Below, piece by piece: positions 58,921 to 64,000 of a DNA stretch of 64,000 bases. Within the stretch, counting starts at the first letter, position 1. Every line of letters starts with the position of its first letter. The notes under the pieces are model-generated. The model was not told the DNA's origin. It searched no databases and saw nothing but the letters and a program-made list of their open reading frames with translations. Where the stretch lies: assembly GCA_943357105.1 (NCBI GenBank), contig CALRGC010000001.1, positions 17,045 to 81,044 of the forward strand, written 5' to 3'. Source of the stretch: Candidatus Magasanikiibacteriota bacterium. GTDB taxonomy: Bacteria; Patescibacteriota; Patescibacteriia; Magasanikbacterales; GWA2-37-8. Made by a program: the position numbers and the translations under genes.

Positions 58921-59502
58921 TTAGATTGATAATTTGATACGCGGAGCGGTTGGCCGGCCGCTGTTACTAGGTAAATTAGGAATGGAAGGATTATTTTTAT
59001 TTCTAATGGAGCTGGCAATACCACTGGAACCGTGGATGGTTTGACCGGCTGACACCACTCTGGTTTGGTCGCCAATCTGACTGACTTTAGCCGATGGTTG
59101 GCCAGCAATTGAAGTAATGCCGTGTGACTGAATTTCATCGCCGGCGCGGATAATGTCGCGACGAATGACCGGTTTCATCAGATGATGACTTAATTTTTTT
59201 ACGGCTTCGTGTTCGGTGGCGCTGAGATGTTCGCCTTTCATCGCCGCTTCGTGGCTGATTTTATGCATCATTTTTTCCGCTTGATTTTTGCTTAAACCGC
59301 CACGGCGAATGAGGTGTTGATTTTTTAGAACTACCGCGTTGATGACTTCTACCGCTACTTTGTTATCCTTGAGCGTGCCCATGCCGTGATAATTATTGAT
59401 AACGGCACTATGAAGTTTGCCGGCAAAACCGGAAGTATGTTTGGCTTGAAAAGACAAACCCGGCTTGGCGGTTGGCGAACTAAAATGTTCTAAAATTGAC
59501 AT
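58921..59502 (-). CDS. hypothetical protein (193 aa), translationally coupled to rluD
   Basis: Start/stop overlap with rluD; no recognisable motif. Confidence 0.45.
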   Translation of the reverse strand: MSILEHFSSPTAKPGLSFQAKHTSGFAGKLHSAVINNYHGMGTLKDNKVAVEVINAVVLKNQHLIRRGGLSKNQAEKMMHKISHEAAMKGEHLSATEHEAVKKLSHHLMKPVIRRDIIRAGDEIQSHGITSIAGQPSAKVSQIGDQTRVVSAGQTIHGSSGIASSIRNKNNPSIPNLPSNSGRPTAPRIKLSI

Positions 59503-59517
59503 ATGTAAGAATTATTG

Positions 59518-59591
59518 TGCTCCCAGATGGACTTGAACCATCGACCACCAAATTATAAGTCTGGTGCTCTAACCAGCTGAGCTATGGGAGC
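59518..59591 (-). tRNA. tRNA-Ile with UAU anticodon (AUA decoder)
   Basis: Acceptor GCTCCCA/TGGGAGC; anticodon loop CTTATAA; Ile-type D and T arms. Confidence 0.7.
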
Positions 59592-60254
59592 ATATTTAGC
59601 AGTTTCTGCCACTAACCTTAGCTGCATCATTATTTTTTGTTTTAATTCTACACTGTAAAATGCGATTCTGCAAGTCCCATGGCCAAATCCGCCCTTGTGG
59701 TTTATTCTGCTTAAATTAGTATTTTTTATGTATGGTTTTCTAAATTGTTTATGTGATATTTCTAAAATTTTAGACCAATAATTAGTTTCTTTTTTTATGT
59801 TCATATCATTATATAAATGCAACGTTACCACTAGGTCTTTTTTATTAATTTCGTATATATTTTTTAGCCATACAATAAAAAATTTAAGTATATCAGGGTC
59901 AGTGTTGGTAATTGCAACTTTAGACCAATCTGATTTTGATCCTTCTCCCCAGTAAAGAGCCAGACCGGTAAGCATAATATCTCGCCTTGATAATTTTTTA
60001 ATATTATTTTTTTCAGCACTGTATATTTCTTCAAGTTTTAGCACCCTCTTTTTTGCCATTGTTTGTCTAAATTTTTCAATCCTTGATTCGTTTCTGTCGC
60101 GTAATTTTTTAATAATAGATTTTGGTAGTGGATAATCTTTTAACCAGCTACTTAGGGTGCTTTTGGGCACCCCGAGCCTATTTTTTATTTGTGAATAACT
60201 CAAGTTTCTTTTTCGTAAAAAAATTACCTTTTCCCTCAATTTTATATTAGACAT
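59553..60254 (-). CDS. HTH plus degenerate LAGLIDADG-like (LTGLALYWGEGS) endonuclease-like protein in a very AT-rich island; 3' end overlaps tRNA-Ile by 39 nt
   Basis: N-terminal HTH (LSYSQIKNRLGVPKSTLSSWL); single LAGLIDADG-like motif; about 25% GC. Confidence 0.5.
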   Translation of the reverse strand: MSNIKLREKVIFLRKRNLSYSQIKNRLGVPKSTLSSWLKDYPLPKSIIKKLRDRNESRIEKFRQTMAKKRVLKLEEIYSAEKNNIKKLSRRDIMLTGLALYWGEGSKSDWSKVAITNTDPDILKFFIVWLKNIYEINKKDLVVTLHLYNDMNIKKETNYWSKILEISHKQFRKPYIKNTNLSRINHKGGFGHGTCRIAFYSVELKQKIMMQLRLVAETAKYAPIAQLVRAPDL

Positions 60255-60403
60255 ATGAATGTATATATTATGGCACTAATCTATAGGTTCAATATTATAT
60301 TATTTTAGCATAAAAAATTAAAGAATTCAAATTTTAGTTTTATTTATTAGCTGTTTTATATAGGGTTGCCAAGGAGGCTAAAAATTGGTAAAATTGGAGC
60401 ACT

Positions 60404-60937
60404 ATGAATTGGAATGATAAACTATTCTTAAGGATTAATGCTAGTGTGGGCCAAAATCGTTGGCTGGATGCTTTTGGGCGCGCTGGGGCCGAATGGGTGG
60501 TAGTAGGCATGGGCGGTTGGTATGCTACCGTGAGCTTTATTTTGCATTATGGCAACCAGCATTTGATGTGGTTGCCAATTTTTACTTTTGCCGGTGCTGA
60601 AATTTTTGGTTTGCTAGTCAGTAATATATTAGGGCTAGTTTTTCAAGAAGTGAGACCACGTTTACGTTTCCCCGAGATTAAAATTTTGTTTTTGCCGGCG
60701 TCGCCTTGGAAATCTTTTCCTTCCGATCACAGCATGACAGTTTTTTTAATATTTTTTTTAGCGCTGGCCTTTGGTTTTCCGACTGCTTGGTCGCTCTTGC
60801 CGCTGGCTTTATGGGTAGCTTGGGGCAGAGTATATAGCGGCGTGCATTATCCAATAGATATTTTAGGCGGTATTACTTTGGCCGCGTTTGTGTCGGTGTT
60901 GGCCTGTGCCGTTTTGTTACATTTTAATTTGATTTAA
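60404..60937 (+). CDS. PAP2-family membrane phosphatase (undecaprenyl-diphosphatase-like)
   Basis: PAP2 motifs PSDHS and SGVHYPIDILGG. Confidence 0.8.
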   Translation: MNWNDKLFLRINASVGQNRWLDAFGRAGAEWVVVGMGGWYATVSFILHYGNQHLMWLPIFTFAGAEIFGLLVSNILGLVFQEVRPRLRFPEIKILFLPASPWKSFPSDHSMTVFLIFFLALAFGFPTAWSLLPLALWVAWGRVYSGVHYPIDILGGITLAAFVSVLACAVLLHFNLI

Positions 60938-60944
60938 ATTCAAT

Positions 60945-61637
60945 ATGAAAGCGATTATTTTGGCTGGGGGACTTGGTACCAGGTTGCGTCCTTTGACGGA
61001 CATTACTCCCAAACCACTTTTGCCCATAAAAGGTAAACCAATCATTGAACATGCGATTTTGAATTTTAAAAAACACGGCATCAAGGATATTATTTTATCG
61101 ATTGGTTATAAGGCCGAAACTATTAAAGAATATTTTGGCGACGGAAAAAAATGGGAAGTGAAAATTAGTTACGCGGTGGAGGATCAGCCGCTTGGTACGG
61201 GCGGCGCCTTGAAGATGGCTTCGACGGGAGTGAAAGAAACTTTTGTGGCTATCAATGGCGACAATCTGGCGGATTTTGATTGGACTGCGGCAATAGAAAC
61301 GCATAAAAAAAATAAAGCTAAAGTGACTTTACAGCTTTTTCCGGTGGAAGATGTTACGAAGTTTGGAATCGCGCGTTTGGATGATGGGAAAATTGTGGAA
61401 TTTATTGAAAAACCAACAGTGGAACAGGCGCCTTCTAATTTGAATAATGCCGGTGGTTATATTTTAGAAGCGGATGCCTTGGATATTTTGCCGGAAGGGT
61501 TTTGTATGATTGAAAAGGATTGTTTTGAGAAATTAGCTTCGACTGGAGTGGTGTTTGCGCATCATCATGGTGGACAGTGGTTTCCGACGGACACGATTGA
61601 GAAATATACTCACGCGGATGAGAATTTTAATCCATGA
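60945..61637 (+). CDS. sugar-1-phosphate nucleotidylyltransferase
   Basis: LAGGLGTRLRPLT signature; TGA stop. Confidence 0.8.
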   Translation: MKAIILAGGLGTRLRPLTDITPKPLLPIKGKPIIEHAILNFKKHGIKDIILSIGYKAETIKEYFGDGKKWEVKISYAVEDQPLGTGGALKMASTGVKETFVAINGDNLADFDWTAAIETHKKNKAKVTLQLFPVEDVTKFGIARLDDGKIVEFIEKPTVEQAPSNLNNAGGYILEADALDILPEGFCMIEKDCFEKLASTGVVFAHHHGGQWFPTDTIEKYTHADENFNP

Positions 61638-62503
61638 ATTTAATTTTTGAAAAATATAAATTTCTCCTCATTCCGACGGCACTGGCGATTTTTTTATTTG
61701 GAGGACTGCTGTCTTACAGACATTTTAGCCGGCCTAAGCGTGTGGCGATACCACCGCGGGCGGAAATAAATATTACGATTATTCCCGGGTGGAATTTGCG
61801 TCAGATCGCGGCCGATTGGCAGGCCAAAGGTCTGATAAAATCCGAGGATGAATTGTATGATTTGGTAGGCAAACCGGCTTATAATTACAAAGCGCATGCG
61901 CGCAGAGCGCCGGTTTTGGATTTTGTTTCCACTTCGAGCTTTGATTATTTTTTTGCCGGTAAATCAAAATATTTATCTTATGAGGGATATTTTTTACCGG
62001 ATACTTATCGGGTATATGCTGACGCGAACGCCAAAGATATTATCAAAAAAATATTTAATCATTTAGATGAAGATATTACTCCGGAAATGCGCGCGGAAAT
62101 TTCACGTCAAGGGAAAAGTTTCCAAGATATTTTAAATATGGCTTCGGTGGTGGAAAAAGAAGCGCCGACGGCGGATAGTATGGGGATGGTGGCGGATATT
62201 TTTTGGCGCCGCCTCAAGTCTGGTTGGCCTTTGCAATCTTGCGCCACGATAAATTATATCACCGGCAAAAATGATCCGGCCGCTTCGGCCAAAGACAAAG
62301 TGATTGATTCTCTCTATAATACTTATAAGTACCCGGGTCTGCCTCTTGGACCGATTAGCAACCCAAGTTTTAATGCTATTAAGGCCGTGATTTATCCGAT
62401 AAAAAATGATTATTGGTATTTTATGAGCGGTACGGATGGACAATTGCATTTCGCGAAGACTCTAGACGAGCACAATCGGAATGTTTATAAATATTTACGG
62501 TAG
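61634..62503 (+). CDS. mltG: endolytic murein transglycosylase MltG/YceG
   Basis: N-terminal TM; YceG domain. Confidence 0.85.
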   Translation: MNLIFEKYKFLLIPTALAIFLFGGLLSYRHFSRPKRVAIPPRAEINITIIPGWNLRQIAADWQAKGLIKSEDELYDLVGKPAYNYKAHARRAPVLDFVSTSSFDYFFAGKSKYLSYEGYFLPDTYRVYADANAKDIIKKIFNHLDEDITPEMRAEISRQGKSFQDILNMASVVEKEAPTADSMGMVADIFWRRLKSGWPLQSCATINYITGKNDPAASAKDKVIDSLYNTYKYPGLPLGPISNPSFNAIKAVIYPIKNDYWYFMSGTDGQLHFAKTLDEHNRNVYKYLR

Positions 62504-62517
62504 ACATAAATATTTTT

Positions 62518-63615
62518 ATGAAAACAAAAGATTTTGATTATTTTCTTCCACACGAATTAATCGCGCAATTCCCAGCGGAGCCGCGGGATTCTTCACGGTT
62601 GATGGTGGTGGATAAAAATACTCAGCAGACAAAGCATGAACATTTTTACGATATTATAAATTATTTGCAAGCAGGGGATTTGCTGGTGTGGAATAATTCC
62701 AAAGTTTTTAAGGCGCGTTTGCGGGGAACGATTGAACTGGATGAAAAAACCGCGGATACTAAAATTCCGGCCAATGCCACAGATAAAATTCTCAACGCCG
62801 CTAAGGTAGAAATATTTTTGGTGCGGCCGATGGAAAATTTTGGCGTGTGGAAGGCGCTGGCCAAACCAGGGAGAAAATTGCGCCTGGGAATAAAAATAAT
62901 ATTTGCTAAAGATTTTTTTGCGGAAGTAATTTCCAAAGAGAGTGATGGCACATTTTTATTGCAATTTAAAGATGATGATATGGAAGTGCGCGCTAAAGCC
63001 AATAAGTATGGCGAAGTGCCAACACCGCCATATATTAAATCCGGTGAATTTGCCAATTTGGATAAACGCTATCAGACGGTGTATGCCAAGCACGAAGGCT
63101 CGGTGGCCGCACCCACGGCCGGGTTTCATTTCACACCGGAGCTGATAGAGAAATTAGAAAAAAAGGGAGTGCAGTTTGCTGAAGTAACATTACATGTTGG
63201 ACTCGGTACTTTTATGCCAGTAAAGACTGAGGCAATCGAAGATCACAAAATGCACAGTGAATGGGTAGAGCTATCCGACAAAAATGCGCATCTAATAAAT
63301 AACGCCAAAGCCGAAGGTCGCCGCGTCATCGCGGTCGGCACTACTACTGTGCGCACCGTCGAAGGCTTGGCTCTAAAATTTGCCAAAGATCAGCTTGAAC
63401 CATATCAAGGCGATATAAATATTTTTATCACGCCTGGTTTTAAATTTAAAATGATTGACGCGTTGATTACCAATTTTCATTTACCGCAGTCTACACTTTT
63501 GATGCTCGTTTCCGCTTTTGCTGGTGACAGGGAATTTATGCTCAAATGTTATGAAGAAGCCGTAAAAGAAGAATATCGATTCTTTAGTTTTGGTGATGCG
63601 ATGTTGATAAAATAG
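62518..63615 (+). CDS. queA: S-adenosylmethionine:tRNA ribosyltransferase-isomerase
   Basis: 365 aa; QueA family. Confidence 0.9.
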   Translation: MKTKDFDYFLPHELIAQFPAEPRDSSRLMVVDKNTQQTKHEHFYDIINYLQAGDLLVWNNSKVFKARLRGTIELDEKTADTKIPANATDKILNAAKVEIFLVRPMENFGVWKALAKPGRKLRLGIKIIFAKDFFAEVISKESDGTFLLQFKDDDMEVRAKANKYGEVPTPPYIKSGEFANLDKRYQTVYAKHEGSVAAPTAGFHFTPELIEKLEKKGVQFAEVTLHVGLGTFMPVKTEAIEDHKMHSEWVELSDKNAHLINNAKAEGRRVIAVGTTTVRTVEGLALKFAKDQLEPYQGDINIFITPGFKFKMIDALITNFHLPQSTLLMLVSAFAGDREFMLKCYEEAVKEEYRFFSFGDAMLIK

Positions 63616-63646
63616 AGAAACAAATATTTTTATTGAACGAACCGCT

Positions 63647-63767
63647 GAAAACACGAGGAAATAATTTGTGAGCCGACGAGGCGTGGCTGGCTCTGCTGTT
63701 TGAGGAGCGTCAAGCGACGAATTCAGAGCCAGAGCTTCGGCGGGTTGCAAATTATCCGAGTGTTTTC
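63647..63767. repeat. Structured repeat family 2, copy B (inverted orientation relative to copy A)
   Basis: IR gaaaacacgaggaaataatttg / caaattatccgagtgttttc; core about 80% identical to the reverse complement of 9498-9573, including a compensatory pair change. Confidence 0.7.
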
Positions 63768-63812
63768 ATAGGTGAGTGAGATAAAAATATTTGTTTCTCT
63801 ATTTTTGAGAAT

Positions 63813-63850
63813 AAAAAAATCCCTCGATTTTACTCGGGGGATTTTTAATT
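63813..63850. terminator. bidirectional terminator downstream of rplK
   Basis: ccctcga...tcggggg stem between A- and T-tracts. Confidence 0.55.
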
Positions 63851-63857
63851 TATTTTA

Positions 63858-64000
63858 TTCGATAGTCACACCCATCTGACGGGCAGTCCCTTCGATCATT
63901 TTCATCGCGGCCTCAAGGCTGTTCACTTTGAGATCCGGCAATTTCTTTTCAGCAATTTCTTTGAGCTGAGCTTTGGTCAATTTGCCAACTTTTTCACGCA
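63858..64000 (-). CDS. rplK: 50S ribosomal protein L11, C-terminal part (partial at window edge)
   Basis: ...[45 protein letters not shown]. Confidence 0.8.

Noticed and set aside
1-64000. Stop-codon reassignment (UGA or UAG as sense), prompted by the in-frame TAG in rnj
   Set aside because: TGA (nucleotidyltransferase, GT, prs), TAG (fic, ldh, queA, dus) and TAA all terminate well-supported genes at expected lengths. The genome uses the standard code.

Overview
The window is AT-rich (roughly 38-42% GC in native genes) and densely packed with housekeeping genes. These include adk-map, ruvX-recO, asnS, parAB, tsaD, pyrD, dus, rny, truB, infB, trxA, dnaE, rel, rnpB, ldh, rnj, secG, uvrA, rplS-gmk-rluD, mltG, queA and a partial rplK. 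This fits a small-genome bacterium, possibly Patescibacteria/CPR-like, but that cannot be proven from sequence alone. I support about 60 CDS, five tRNAs (Leu-CAA, Glu-UUC, Met/Ile-CAU, Leu-CAG, Ile-UAU) and RNase P RNA. The most unusual content is non-coding. Three unrelated families of GC-rich structured elements of about 100-165 bp occur twice each. Every copy sits as the loop of a long copy-specific palindrome at a gene 3' end or terminator, and paired positions show compensatory base changes. They look like terminator-loop-resident structured RNA or mobile elements. Other points worth a second look are: several sharply GC-rich (55-62%) islands, including an apparently transferred prs gene; two LAGLIDADG-type genes abutting or overlapping tRNA genes; an MgtE-N/CBS sensor protein paired with a non-canonical Nramp transporter; a Fic-XRE module with repeat arrays; HicBA; a GC-rich twin-hairpin element upstream of infB; and frame interruptions in infB and rnj.
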